From assembly GCF_001306055.1 (NCBI RefSeq), contig NZ_LGHJ01000017.1, forward strand, positions 240,001-272,000: a stretch of DNA of 32,000 bases, read 5' to 3'. Below are positions 15,544 to 25,668 of this stretch, piece after piece (the first letter of the stretch is position 1; every line of letters begins with the position of its first letter). Source of the stretch: Bellilinea caldifistulae. GTDB taxonomy: Bacteria; Chloroflexota; Anaerolineae; Anaerolineales; Anaerolineaceae. The notes beneath the pieces are model-generated. The model made no database searches and was not told the origin of the DNA. It saw only the letters and a list, made by a program, of their open reading frames with translations. The translations under genes and the position numbers were made by a program.

Positions 15544-16401
15544 ATGAAAAATCAAGTTGCATTGGTAATTCTCATCCCGTTAATATTTATCCTTGCGTTC
15601 ATTGCTGCAGGTATGGGGCTCATTAGTCAGACACCTGGAGAACCTTTTCCTGTGACCACTCTACACGGCGAGCAAGTAACCATCAATGCGCACGGGCTGT
15701 ACTACTGGGACACGGTCAGTTCCGCCACCCAGATGCAAGCCAACGACATGGTGACGCTCATACTTGGACTGCCCCTGTTGGCGGTTTCGTTCTGGCTAAC
15801 GTTGCGCAATTCCTTACGCGGACGGCTGCTTCTGGCTGGCACGCTCGGCTTCATCCTCTACACCTACGTCACCATGTGCTTTGGGGCAGCTTACAACGCC
15901 CTGTTTATGATCTATGTCGCCCTGTTTAGCCTGAGCCTGTTTGCCTTTGTGTTGGTGATGATGTCCTTCGACCTGACGACCCTGCCCGCGCATTTTTCCG
16001 ACAAACTGCCGCGCGGCTGGATTGCGGGCTTGCTCTTCTTCACCGCCGTCTTCATTTCGCTCGCCTGGCTGTGGCGCATCGCCCCGACTTTTACTCCGGG
16101 GTCAATCCCCGCCCTTGAAAACACGACCAGTATGTTCATTCAGGCGATGGATTTGGGACTTATCGTCCCGCTATGTGTGTTATCGGGCGTCCTGCTTTTG
16201 TACCGAAAGCCTTGGGGCTACCTACTGGCTTCGGTGGTGTTGATAAAGTTCCTGACGATGGGAACGGCCGTCAGCCTGATGGCGCTCAACATGGCGCGCC
16301 TGGGTGTGTCCGTCAGCGCGGTGGAATTGGTGGTTTTTCCCGCCATGGCCATTGCCAACCTGGTCATGGTGTCGTTGCTGCTTCGGAATATCAAGAATTA
16401 G
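15544..16401 (+). CDS. polytopic membrane protein (hypothetical)
   Basis: 285 aa from the internal ATG with about 7 hydrophobic segments. No motif recognised. Confidence 0.6.
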   Translation: MKNQVALVILIPLIFILAFIAAGMGLISQTPGEPFPVTTLHGEQVTINAHGLYYWDTVSSATQMQANDMVTLILGLPLLAVSFWLTLRNSLRGRLLLAGTLGFILYTYVTMCFGAAYNALFMIYVALFSLSLFAFVLVMMSFDLTTLPAHFSDKLPRGWIAGLLFFTAVFISLAWLWRIAPTFTPGSIPALENTTSMFIQAMDLGLIVPLCVLSGVLLLYRKPWGYLLASVVLIKFLTMGTAVSLMALNMARLGVSVSAVELVVFPAMAIANLVMVSLLLRNIKN

Positions 16402-16417
16402 AACAAAGGAGGAACAA

Positions 16418-16627
16418 ATGGATAAAAAATTTGGTTTCATAATCATCTTGGGAGCGCTGATAGGCGCGGTTTTCGGTGTGTCTTTTACGCCAGTCATCGA
16501 GAGCGACATGTTTGCCGTCTTGGGCGGAGCGCTCGCAGGGATTTTCATCGCCTGGTTCATCGCCACCGCTCTTCGCCAGAAGTCTGCCCGCCAGTGGCCT
16601 CAAAGCGAGAAAAGGGACGAACAGTAA
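16418..16627 (+). CDS. small glycine-zipper membrane protein
   Basis: AGGAGG RBS. MDKKFGFIIILGALIGAVFGV...VLGGALAGIFIAWFIATAL. Confidence 0.55.
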   Translation: MDKKFGFIIILGALIGAVFGVSFTPVIESDMFAVLGGALAGIFIAWFIATALRQKSARQWPQSEKRDEQ

Positions 16628-16714
16628 AATATGCATCACCATCTGTATCTAATCGGCTTGAGTGCATCACGACCAGATTAAGATTTTGAACGGAATTTAT
16701 TAGGAGACTATCCA

Positions 16715-17044
16715 ATGACTGATTTTAAACCCGCAATAAGTAACGCTTTTCAACTATTCCTGAGCGAAGCACCTCAACATGCTGAGGCTTGGATGACATT
16801 AGTTCAAGGATTGGATAACGCGAGTGCCCTGGAGAAGAAAACTGAAGAATTGGCATATTTAGCCGTTTTGGCAGCCTTACGAATGGAAAGCGGTGTTCCC
16901 TTTCATGTGCAGTCAGCCAAAAATGCAGGTGCTTCACGTGAAGAAGTGATTAGTGCTGTTCTTATCGGTTTGCCTGCCGCGGGTCACTGCGTGACCCAAG
17001 TTCTGCCGGCGGCCATAGCCGCTTATGACGAAAGTCAATCATAG
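16715..17044 (+). CDS. carboxymuconolactone decarboxylase (AhpD-like) family protein
   Basis: 109 aa. ELAYLAVLAALRMESGVPFHVQSAKNAGASREEVISAVLIGLPAAG matches the CMD-domain pattern. TAGGAG RBS. Confidence 0.6.
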   Translation: MTDFKPAISNAFQLFLSEAPQHAEAWMTLVQGLDNASALEKKTEELAYLAVLAALRMESGVPFHVQSAKNAGASREEVISAVLIGLPAAGHCVTQVLPAAIAAYDESQS

Positions 17045-17123
17045 CACAAACCTAAGAGAACCTGGCGATAACAGACAGCGCATAAAGAAAAAGCATTTGG
17101 CAGGTAAGAAACAACAAATAATT

Positions 17124-17999
17124 ATGAAACTCACCATTTCCCAACTCTCCAAACAATATCCGCGCAGCGTCTGGGGATTGCGCGACTTCGACTTGGAACT
17201 CGTCCCTGGCGTGATTGGCTTACTGGGACCGAACGGCGCAGGTAAATCCACGCTCATGCAAATCCTGGCGACGGTAGTCCTGCCCAGCGCAGGGACGGTC
17301 AAATGGAACGATGCCGACATCCTCAAATCGCCAGACACCCTGCGCGCCGTGCTCGGATATTTGCCGCAGGATTTTGGCGTCTACCCCAATCTGACTGCCG
17401 TTGAATTTCTCGAATACATGGCTGCTATCAAAGGCATGGATGCCAAATCCGCCCGCAGCCGCATCGAAGAATTGCTCGTTGTGCTCAATCTCACCCTTGC
17501 AGCGAAGCGCCCGCTGGGTGGATATTCTGGCGGAATGAAACAGCGCGTTGGTATTGCCCAGGCTTTGCTCAATGATCCACAACTGCTCATTGTGGATGAG
17601 CCCACCGTTGGTCTGGACCCCGAAGAGAGAGTTTATTTTCGCAGTTTGCTTTCCGATTTATCAGGTGAGCGCATCATCATTCTCTCGACACACATTGTAT
17701 CGGATGTGGAAGCTGCCGCCACTGAAATCGTCCTCATCAACCAAGGACGCAAAATTCAACACGCCGCGCCTGAAAACCTACTGGCGCAGTTGGACGGCAA
17801 AGTTTGGCAATGGACGATTCCATCCTATGAGTTGCCCACCCTCAAGCAGAAGTATCTTGTCAGCGGCATTATTCGCCGCGAGAATTTGATTCAGGTTCGC
17901 GTGGTTAGCGATGCGTCTCCATCGCCGGAAGCTCAAGCCTTATCGCCAAGCCTTGAAGATGCCTATCTCCATCTTATGCAAAACGGGGACAAATCATGA
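17124..17999 (+). CDS. ABC transporter ATP-binding protein
   Basis: Walker A GPNGAGKST, signature YSGGMKQR, Walker B LLIVDEPTVGLD, H-loop STHIV. Confidence 0.9.
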   Translation: MKLTISQLSKQYPRSVWGLRDFDLELVPGVIGLLGPNGAGKSTLMQILATVVLPSAGTVKWNDADILKSPDTLRAVLGYLPQDFGVYPNLTAVEFLEYMAAIKGMDAKSARSRIEELLVVLNLTLAAKRPLGGYSGGMKQRVGIAQALLNDPQLLIVDEPTVGLDPEERVYFRSLLSDLSGERIIILSTHIVSDVEAAATEIVLINQGRKIQHAAPENLLAQLDGKVWQWTIPSYELPTLKQKYLVSGIIRRENLIQVRVVSDASPSPEAQALSPSLEDAYLHLMQNGDKS

Positions 18000-19564
18000 A
18001 CGCCCTGCGTGTCCTCTATCATTTGACGCGCGCCGATTTTTTGGAGCGCGTCCGCCGCTACAGTTTTCTCATCACCCTGGGGTTGGCGTTGTTTCTGGGT
18101 TACAGCATCGCCAGTGGACAACTGACGCTGGTAGTCGGACAACACTATCGCGGGATGCTTAACTCTGCCTGGGTGGGTGGATTGATGTCGGCGATGGTCA
18201 ACTTTTTCCTGGGGCTGTTCGGCTTTTATCTGGTCAAAGGCTCGGTCAGCCGGGATTACAAAACAGGTGTGGGGCAAATCATGGCGGCGACTCAGCTCAA
18301 ACGTCCGATTTACACGGTAGCGAAATGGATGAGTAACTTTGCCGTGCTGGGTGCCATGGTGGTCGTATTGATGGCTGTTGCTGTGGTTATGCAAACCCTT
18401 TTCCGCGAAGCCCCAGTGATCCAGTGGTGGGCATTGCTGACGCCGTTTTTGTGGCTGGTTCTGCCATTCATGGCGTTCACAGCCGCACTGGCTGTACTGT
18501 TTGAAACCATCGCAGGACTGCGCGGCGGTGTTGGCAATGTGTTTTATTTTTTCTCCTTCATCATTGTCGTCACAGCGCTCAGCGCCGCCGTCTGGCTGGG
18601 AGCCAGCCCAGCCCTCGACCTGATGGGGATGGGTATCTTGAGCCGCAGCATGGGGCAGGCGGCGCAAGCCGTTTACCCAAATTACGATGGCAGTTTTCGC
18701 ATCACCTGGCTTGTTCCACAGTTCCAGATTTTCCGCTGGGATGGCATAGACTGGACGCCCGAAATCATCCTCTCGCGCCTGGCGCTGATTTTTGTCTCCA
18801 TCGGGATTGCCGCGCTGTCTGCCCTTTTCTTTGACCGCTTCGCCCCCGCGCGGAGTCAACCCTCCAGGCGGATGGAGAACGCTTCGGACTCCCCCGCGCC
18901 TGCTCCCGCGCTCGAAGCGGCTCCCCGCTCGAACCTGGTCCTGACCCCGCTGCCCGCCGCCCGCGCCCGCTTCCGTTTCGGCGCCTTGTTCGCCGCCGAA
19001 TTGAAACTGCTCCTGAAGGGACAGCGCTGGTGGTGGTATCTCGTCGCCGCGGGACTGCTGCTGGCGCAGTTATGCGCGCCATTGAAGTCCGTCCATTCGC
19101 TGCTGATTGCTTCCTGGCTTTGGCATCTCCTGCGCCTCAGCAAACTTGGTTGCCGCGAGACCGTTTACAACACCCGCCAGATGATTTTTTCCGCGCCGCG
19201 CCCGTTGGCGAATCAACTGCCAGCCGCCTGGCTCTCCGCTTTTGCGGTCACCGCCCTGCTGGGTTCAGGCGCATTGATGCGCTTTCTCCTCGCGGGTGAG
19301 ACGTTCAGTCTGCTCGGCTGGCTGACGGGCGCGCTTTTCATCCCCTCGCTGGCGCTTGCCCTCGGCGCGCTGACGGGCAGCAGCAAAGCCTTTGAAGCGC
19401 TTTACGTGCTATGGATGTACCTGCTCAGCCAAAAAGTCCCTGCCTTCGATTTCATCGGTCTAACGCCCCAAAGCCCGCTGAGCGCTTACGTTTTGCTATC
19501 GCTGCTCTTGCTTTGCCTGGCTTTCATCAGCAGGTCCACAATGAAAATCAAAACTATGCGATGA
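17996..19564 (+). CDS. ABC transporter permease-like polytopic membrane protein
   Basis: 522 aa with many hydrophobic segments. ATGA overlap with the ATPase gene. Confidence 0.7.
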   Translation: MNALRVLYHLTRADFLERVRRYSFLITLGLALFLGYSIASGQLTLVVGQHYRGMLNSAWVGGLMSAMVNFFLGLFGFYLVKGSVSRDYKTGVGQIMAATQLKRPIYTVAKWMSNFAVLGAMVVVLMAVAVVMQTLFREAPVIQWWALLTPFLWLVLPFMAFTAALAVLFETIAGLRGGVGNVFYFFSFIIVVTALSAAVWLGASPALDLMGMGILSRSMGQAAQAVYPNYDGSFRITWLVPQFQIFRWDGIDWTPEIILSRLALIFVSIGIAALSALFFDRFAPARSQPSRRMENASDSPAPAPALEAAPRSNLVLTPLPAARARFRFGALFAAELKLLLKGQRWWWYLVAAGLLLAQLCAPLKSVHSLLIASWLWHLLRLSKLGCRETVYNTRQMIFSAPRPLANQLPAAWLSAFAVTALLGSGALMRFLLAGETFSLLGWLTGALFIPSLALALGALTGSSKAFEALYVLWMYLLSQKVPAFDFIGLTPQSPLSAYVLLSLLLLCLAFISRSTMKIKTMR

Positions 19565-19588
19565 TTGAATGAACAATGAGGAGAAAGA

Positions 19589-20758
19589 ATGACTCACATT
19601 TTGAAATGCCACGACAATATAGCCAAAAATCTTGTGCGCGGAGAGAATTGTTATCTATACGATGATCAGGGAAGGCGTTACATCGATTTTGAATCGGGAA
19701 TTTGGTGTACAGTTCTCGGTCACAGCCACCCACGGATCAGCCAGGTTGTTGCAAAGCAGGCTGCAACATTAATGCATTTGGGAACTCGTTATCCAAATTC
19801 TATTACCGAAGACGCAGCTTTGGCTGTGTTGGGTATTGTTGGGCTGGATAATGGTAAGTGCATGTTTCTGAGTTCGGGCAGTGAGGCTGTTGAGTTTGGT
19901 GCTCAAACAATCCGAAAAGTGACCGGTAAAAACCTTTTATTGACTTTTTCTAATTCCTATCTGGCAGCTTATGGATCAGCCGGAAGAAAAAATATTGATG
20001 AATGGTATCTTTTCGATTGGGATTCAGACTCAGAATCAAATCAATCCCTGATTCAAATTCCATTTGAGCACATTGGCGGTTTTATTTTTGAGCCTGGAGG
20101 CAGCGGTTCGGGATATGTCCGGTTTCCACCGCAACCTGTGGTCACCAAAATTATTCAAAAAATCCGTGAGGCAGGCGGCCTCGTCATGTCAAATGAAGTC
20201 ACAACTGGGATGGGGCGAACAGGAAAGTGGTTTGGTTTTCAGCATTATGATTTTCAGCCTGATATTGTTGCTCTTGGAAAAGGTCTTGGTAATGGCTATC
20301 CAGTCAGCGCAATTGCTATGAGCATGGATGTGGCCAAAAAACTTGAGGACAGTGGGTTACGATATGCTCAATCCCATCAAAATGACCCATTGGGTTGCGC
20401 CGTGGCAAAGGAAGTCATCGCTGTTCTGCGCGACGAAAGCCTGATTGAACATGGTGCAGCGCTCGGAAAATATTTTTTGGATAGATTGCAAACTTTGGTC
20501 GATGAGTTTGCCATTGTAAAACAAGCGCGTGGTCGCGGAATGTTGTTGGGATTGGCATTTTACCCGAATGAAAGATTCTCTGCTGAAACAGCCTTTCATG
20601 CTTTGCTGGAACAAGGTTTACTTGTTGGATGTTATCCAGGTGGAAATATGTTACGTTTTGACCCTGCTCTGGTCATTGAAAAACAATGTATTAACCGTCT
20701 TTTTGACTGTCTTGAAAAAGTTTTACAGGGACTCAAGCCCCAACCGTCTTTAGGATAA
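19589..20758 (+). CDS. class III pyridoxal-phosphate-dependent aminotransferase
   Basis: SSGSEAVE, NEVTTGMGRTGKWFGFQHY and DIVALGKGLGNGYPVSA (the PLP lysine context). GAGGAG RBS. Confidence 0.85.
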   Translation: MTHILKCHDNIAKNLVRGENCYLYDDQGRRYIDFESGIWCTVLGHSHPRISQVVAKQAATLMHLGTRYPNSITEDAALAVLGIVGLDNGKCMFLSSGSEAVEFGAQTIRKVTGKNLLLTFSNSYLAAYGSAGRKNIDEWYLFDWDSDSESNQSLIQIPFEHIGGFIFEPGGSGSGYVRFPPQPVVTKIIQKIREAGGLVMSNEVTTGMGRTGKWFGFQHYDFQPDIVALGKGLGNGYPVSAIAMSMDVAKKLEDSGLRYAQSHQNDPLGCAVAKEVIAVLRDESLIEHGAALGKYFLDRLQTLVDEFAIVKQARGRGMLLGLAFYPNERFSAETAFHALLEQGLLVGCYPGGNMLRFDPALVIEKQCINRLFDCLEKVLQGLKPQPSLG

Positions 20759-21270
20759 TGCGCGAAGAAAGAAGCTATGCTGTCATGAGTCAATCGTTGA
20801 ATTTTTCTCCTGCCCTTGTCCAATACCTGCCTGAAACCTGTACCTTGCTTCAGTCTGCCAACCTGGTCGTTCACCCCACCGTCGTACGGGTAGTTCTGCA
20901 TGGTTCGCGCGGCCTGGGAGGCGGCGCTCGTCCAGATTCAGATATTGACCTGAGTCTGATTGTGGATTTGCCTGTCAACTTGGAAGCAACGCAACTTGAG
21001 CCGCTTTTGCATGTTGTTTTCCAAACCACGTTCAACGCCTGGCAATCTGAGATTGAGCCAGATCTGGCTGTGATATTTAAGACTCGCGCCTGCGCGCTGG
21101 ACTGTTTCACTCAAACAAACTGGCAGGATGATATGTGTTCCATCGGTGGATACGACTGTTTTGGCTTGTACAAAGTCCAAAAAGGTTTCAGCGGTCTTGT
21201 TACTCACGCCGGGATTGAGATCAGGCGCATGGTCCCCTGCCTGGAAATCTGGAGACGAGCCATCTGTTGA
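20758..21270 (+). CDS. nucleotidyltransferase-domain protein (Pol-beta superfamily)
   Basis: VVLHGSRGLGGGARPDSDIDLSLIVD matches the G-S...D-x-D motif. An alternative ATG is at 20785. Confidence 0.65.
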   Translation: MREERSYAVMSQSLNFSPALVQYLPETCTLLQSANLVVHPTVVRVVLHGSRGLGGGARPDSDIDLSLIVDLPVNLEATQLEPLLHVVFQTTFNAWQSEIEPDLAVIFKTRACALDCFTQTNWQDDMCSIGGYDCFGLYKVQKGFSGLVTHAGIEIRRMVPCLEIWRRAIC

Positions 21271-21341
21271 CCCCGTTGCAGATGGCAAAATATTCGCCTT
21301 AGAAATTTTAATTGAAAACTAATACAAGGAGAAAATAAAAA

Positions 21342-21524
21342 ATGAACAACAATTCAACTTCCCAATCTCAGAGAAATCGCCGCAAGCAAATTGCAGCCAG
21401 CTTGGGGCTTGGCGTTGCCCTGGGCATAGCACTTGGTGCCGCACTGGGAAACGTTGCGCTGGGTCTGGTGATTGGCATCCTGATCGGGGGTTTGGGAGCC
21501 GCTGTTCGAGCCAAGAGATCATAA
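21342..21524 (+). CDS. small glycine-zipper membrane protein
   Basis: AAGGAG RBS. SLGLGVALGIALGAALGNVALGLVIGILIGGLGAAV. Confidence 0.5.
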   Translation: MNNNSTSQSQRNRRKQIAASLGLGVALGIALGAALGNVALGLVIGILIGGLGAAVRAKRS

Positions 21525-22540
21525 TGAAGAAATCTCGTTGGCTGGGTTTCGCTATTCTGCTCGCTATAGCAGCGATTTCGTTCGCTGCGCTTTTTCCCCA
21601 CCATCAGCCTTTGGCTGTGAGTGGAGCTTATGCTGTTCGAACAGAGCGTTACACCTACATGGACGACCAGCGCACGGAACCATATACCAACAGCAGCGAA
21701 TTTCGACAGATCAATGTGACCTTTTGGTATCCCCAAAATGAGAGCGATGGCGAAATCTTCCCGCTGGTTATCTTTTCACATGGCGGGCTTGGCTCGGAAA
21801 ACAGCAATGAGTCTCTGTACCGCGAGTTAGCGAGTCATGGCTATGTGGTCTGTTCGATTGGTCATCCCCACCACGCCTTGTGGACAAAAAGCAAAGATGG
21901 ACACTTGACTTTCGTAAGCCTGGAATACTTTGGCGAGCTCCAACGAGAGGATGCCCATGCCGACAAAGAGCAAAGTTACCGCTACTACCAGAAGTGGATG
22001 AATATCCGCACGGCAGACATCAACTTTGTGGTGGATACCCTCCTGACAAAAGCCGCGGAAGGCACAAGCGGCGTGTACACCCTCATAGACGGCACAAAAA
22101 TCGGCGTGATGGGGCATTCCCTGGGCGGCTCGGCAGCGCTGGCTATCCCAAGGCAGCGAGAGGATATTGACGCAGTCATTGCGCTGGAATCTCCTTTTCT
22201 CTACGACATCGTTGGCGTGGAAAATGGTGAGTTCATCTGGCTGGACGAAGAATATCCCGTCCCCGTCCTCAATATCTACTCGGACAGCTCCTGGAGTCAT
22301 CTCGCCGAATGGCCGCAATATGCCCGTAATGCATCGCTGCTGACCAATGCTCCGGCGACCGCTATCAGCCTTTACCTGCCTGGCAGGGGACATTTCTCGC
22401 TGACTGACCTCTCGCTTGCCAGCCCGCTGCTGACAAGAATACTCGATAGCGGGAGACCAGCGCGCGATAGCGTAGAATATCTGCGCGAGGTCAATCAGAC
22501 CTGTCTGGAATTTTTCGACCGCTATTTGAAAAATCAATAG
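21524..22540 (+). CDS. secreted or membrane-anchored alpha/beta hydrolase (PAF-acetylhydrolase / dienelactone-hydrolase-like)
   Basis: N-terminal hydrophobic signal, IFSHGGLGS, and the nucleophile elbow GHSLGG. Confidence 0.75.
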   Translation: MKKSRWLGFAILLAIAAISFAALFPHHQPLAVSGAYAVRTERYTYMDDQRTEPYTNSSEFRQINVTFWYPQNESDGEIFPLVIFSHGGLGSENSNESLYRELASHGYVVCSIGHPHHALWTKSKDGHLTFVSLEYFGELQREDAHADKEQSYRYYQKWMNIRTADINFVVDTLLTKAAEGTSGVYTLIDGTKIGVMGHSLGGSAALAIPRQREDIDAVIALESPFLYDIVGVENGEFIWLDEEYPVPVLNIYSDSSWSHLAEWPQYARNASLLTNAPATAISLYLPGRGHFSLTDLSLASPLLTRILDSGRPARDSVEYLREVNQTCLEFFDRYLKNQ

Positions 22541-22554
22541 GTGGAGATAAAGCG

Positions 22555-23097
22555 ATGACTCTAAACGAGTGTCAACGTGAAATGCGTTTCAACTTTCTGG
22601 GCGGGTTTGCCGGGCAGCTGGTTTCCGGAATCATCTGGTTGGCCGCGGCGGCGCTCGGAACCTGGCTCTCGCCTGGCGCGGGCATGGCTGTGCTCTTTTT
22701 CGGCAGCATGGGTATCTTTCCGCTCACCCGGTTGTTGGTGCGCCTGATGGGGCGTCCCGGCAAAGTCAGTCCGGATAATGGGTTATGGCAGTTGGGTTCC
22801 CAAGCGGCATTTACAGTACCGCTCAATTTCCTGTTGGTCGGTGCGATAACGCTTAACCGTGAAAACTGTTTTTTTCCGGCGGCGATGATTGTGGTCGGCA
22901 CGCATTACCTTCCCTTCATCACCTTGTACGGCATGAAAATGTTCGGCATTCTAGCTGGTTTGCTGGTTAGCCTCGGTGCAGGGCTGGCGCTGTACGGACC
23001 GGATATGTTCAGCCTGGGCGGCTGGGTCACTGCCGCCCTTCTGATTGCTTTTGCCTTCCTGGGGCGATCTCTGGTTTTGCTGGAGGAAAAACGATGA
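22555..23097 (+). CDS. polytopic membrane protein (hypothetical)
   Basis: 180 aa with 5-6 hydrophobic segments. GGTGGAG RBS. Confidence 0.6.
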   Translation: MTLNECQREMRFNFLGGFAGQLVSGIIWLAAAALGTWLSPGAGMAVLFFGSMGIFPLTRLLVRLMGRPGKVSPDNGLWQLGSQAAFTVPLNFLLVGAITLNRENCFFPAAMIVVGTHYLPFITLYGMKMFGILAGLLVSLGAGLALYGPDMFSLGGWVTAALLIAFAFLGRSLVLLEEKR

Positions 23098-23858
23098 ATC
23101 CAAGTTATCCGATTCTCGAAAACGATACCGTTTCCGCGTCCAAACTCGAACCATCGCGCATCATTGCGCCGCGCGATGTACCTGAGCACTGCGTGATTTC
23201 GTTTTTTCGCGAAGTGAATGAAAAAGTGACAACTGAAAAGCAAGCCAAAGTCGCTGTCGCCAACCGCTGGGAGGATGGTGAACATCCCCTTTACGAAATC
23301 GAGCACCGCGGCCGGCGGCTGGCATTTTTTCACCCCGGCGTGGGCGCGCCGCTTGCCGCCGGATTGCTGGAAGAGGTCATTGCATTCGGCTGCAAGAGAT
23401 TTGTCGTGATTGGTGGCGCGGGGGTGTTGGAGAAGGGACTGACGGTCGGCAAACTCATTCTGGTCGAGAGCGCCGTGCGGGATGAAGGCGTTTCATATCA
23501 CTATCTCGCGCCGGACCGCGAAATTCAGGCGCCGCAACCGGCACTGGCAGCGATTCGCGCCGCGCTCGAAACGCGCCGCGTTCCGTTTGTGAGCGGCAAG
23601 ACCTGGACAACCGATGCCCCCTACCGGGAAACCCAGGCGGTGATCGCTGCCCGCCGCGCCGAGGGTTGCCTGACGGTCGAGATGGAAGCCGCCGCGCTGC
23701 TGGCGGTGGCGCAATTCAGAAAGGTTTTGCTGGGGCAAATCCTGTATGCGGGCGATGACCTGAGCGGTGAATACTGGGACAATCGCGGCTGGCAATCGCG
23801 CCGTGAAGTGCGGGAGAGTCTGTTCTGGCTGGCCGCCGATGCCTGTTTGGAGATGTGA
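23094..23858 (+). CDS. nucleoside phosphorylase family protein (PNP/UDP type)
   Basis: FVVIGGAGVL, and TVEMEAAALLAVA typical of the PNP_UDP_1 fold. ATGA overlap with the upstream gene. Confidence 0.7.
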   Translation: MNPSYPILENDTVSASKLEPSRIIAPRDVPEHCVISFFREVNEKVTTEKQAKVAVANRWEDGEHPLYEIEHRGRRLAFFHPGVGAPLAAGLLEEVIAFGCKRFVVIGGAGVLEKGLTVGKLILVESAVRDEGVSYHYLAPDREIQAPQPALAAIRAALETRRVPFVSGKTWTTDAPYRETQAVIAARRAEGCLTVEMEAAALLAVAQFRKVLLGQILYAGDDLSGEYWDNRGWQSRREVRESLFWLAADACLEM

Positions 23859-24697
23859 ACGTGAAACATAAATACACTGTCCTCATCCTTTTAATCACGG
23901 CGGTTGGGATGATCTTCATCACGCGCGCCTGGCTGGCTGTTCACACGGCTGCGCCGCGCACTTTTGAAATTTTTGATATCCTGACGGTGGTCAGTGCGGT
24001 TATTCTTTTATTGAAAGGCGGCCGCAGCTTGCGGTGGGGAGATTGGGCGGCCGCTCTGGTCCTGGGCGCAGTGGTTACCGCAGGAATGCTGTTTGCCACG
24101 CTATTCTCCCCCTATCCTTTCTTGGGGTTCATTAAAAGCAACGCCGAACAGGCTGTCATTCGCGGAACATTCACAACCCTGGCGGCATTGGGCGGGCTGG
24201 TGGTGATGCGCCGGGGCGGACCGGTGCAATTTCACGCGGCTGCGGGCAACTGGCGGGCGATAAGCAAAGGCATATTGTTGGGACTGGTGATTGGTTTACC
24301 GTTGGCCGTTCTCAATGTTTTTGCCTTAAAGTTCACGCAGGGGCATCCCATTCAATGGCAAAGTCCCGGTGCGGCGCTGCTGGACGCCCTGCAGCCCGGG
24401 ATTGGAGAGGAAGTCATCTACCGCTTTGCTTTGTGGGGTTTGCTGTGGCTGATGCTGCGAAAAAGCCTTCCGGAAAAGGCACACGGGATATCCGGGCTGC
24501 TGGCGATGCTGATCCACAATTATTCGCACTTCGACGACCTGTTTATCCAATCGCCGCTGACGGCGCTGGGGTTAGGCGCCGTGCTGGCGCTGGTGTGGGG
24601 GTTACCGCCCCTCCTCCTTGCCCGCCGGCGCGGACTTGAATCCGCCATTGGATTCCATTGGATTCAAGATGCGGCCCGTTTTCTGGCCGGTTATTAG
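23855..24697 (+). CDS. CPBP-family intramembrane glutamic protease (CAAX protease / Abi type)
   Basis: GIGEEVIYRFALWG matches the EExxxR motif, with LIHNYSHF and FHWIQD as the later motifs. Polytopic. GTGA overlap with the upstream gene. Confidence 0.75.
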   Translation: MNVKHKYTVLILLITAVGMIFITRAWLAVHTAAPRTFEIFDILTVVSAVILLLKGGRSLRWGDWAAALVLGAVVTAGMLFATLFSPYPFLGFIKSNAEQAVIRGTFTTLAALGGLVVMRRGGPVQFHAAAGNWRAISKGILLGLVIGLPLAVLNVFALKFTQGHPIQWQSPGAALLDALQPGIGEEVIYRFALWGLLWLMLRKSLPEKAHGISGLLAMLIHNYSHFDDLFIQSPLTALGLGAVLALVWGLPPLLLARRRGLESAIGFHWIQDAARFLAGY

Positions 24698-24752
24698 GTT
24701 TGACAATTCGCTTCGTACCAAGAACGGCACAAATCAAATATCTTGAGGCGGC

Positions 24753-25406
24753 ATGTATTTTGAGATGAACACAACTGACGACAACCTTAATCAACTCCTT
24801 TCAAACTCTTATATCCTGGCTGGTTCACCCTGCTGCGGAAAAAGCACGCTGGCAGAACGACTAAAGGATGAATTTCATTTCCAATGGTATACCGTGGACG
24901 ACCACCAGGATTTGCATCTCAAACAATGTACGCCTGAGAGACACCCAACTTTGTGCTGCTACGCATCCATGTCCTGGAATGAAAGATGGAGCCGCCCCGT
25001 AAACGTTCAGGTGCAAGAGGTGTTTGCCATTAGCCGCGAACGGTTTGAGATGATTCTTCAAGATCTGGAACCATTTGATCCGGCAAAGCCGCTAGTCCTC
25101 GAGGGGACGGCATTTCTGCCAGAATGGCTGGCAGCCCACCGGGTCGACCCCGGACGTGTGATTTTTTTTGCACCCACACCGGAATTTCAACGCCGCCAGT
25201 ACGGCAAACGCTTATGGATCAGGGATATATTGAAAGAATGCGAAGATCCGGAACAGGCATTTGAGAATTGGATGCTGCGTGACCAGGCCTTTGGAAGGGA
25301 AATACTCCGCCAGGCTGTGGAGAGGCAGTATCGGACGCTGTGGGTTGACGGCCGGCAAACCATAGACGAACGATATCATGAGGTCAAAGGAATGCTGGCT
25401 ATCTGA
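24753..25406 (+). CDS. P-loop NTPase / kinase-like protein
   Basis: Walker A LAGSPCCGKSTLAERL. 217 aa. GAGG RBS. Confidence 0.6.
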   Translation: MYFEMNTTDDNLNQLLSNSYILAGSPCCGKSTLAERLKDEFHFQWYTVDDHQDLHLKQCTPERHPTLCCYASMSWNERWSRPVNVQVQEVFAISRERFEMILQDLEPFDPAKPLVLEGTAFLPEWLAAHRVDPGRVIFFAPTPEFQRRQYGKRLWIRDILKECEDPEQAFENWMLRDQAFGREILRQAVERQYRTLWVDGRQTIDERYHEVKGMLAI

Positions 25407-25668
25407 CAGTCTATGAAGGATATCGGGGTGGTTGACGGATGAAAACCAAGGAGAGTTTTTCCCAAGGAAAATTCGTACCAGTGACTCATCAGGTCGATCG
25501 TCGTCAATGACCATCCCTCTCATGCGATAGCGCTGAATTTGATCCCAGATGGATAGAACTGGTTTGAGAAAAAGATCAACCTCGGTGAGCATGCAAAGTA
25601 GAGGCGCGGTGGGTACAATTGATAAGATTATCCCCAGAATTCTCAAGGCAACAAAATCAATTTGGGGA

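Noticed and set aside
17025-17123. Upstream ATG at 17025 as the start of the ABC ATPase gene
   Set aside because: It would overlap the end of the CMD-family gene and add a basic, non-conserved extension. The canonical ABC N-terminus (MKLTISQLSKQY...) begins at 17124.
17963-18859. 298 aa minus-strand ORF inside the ABC permease gene, and similarly 21827-22537 inside the hydrolase gene
   Set aside because: They are antisense to genes with clear membrane or catalytic motifs and translational coupling. Their composition is His/Gln/Arg/Asp-rich and non-protein-like.
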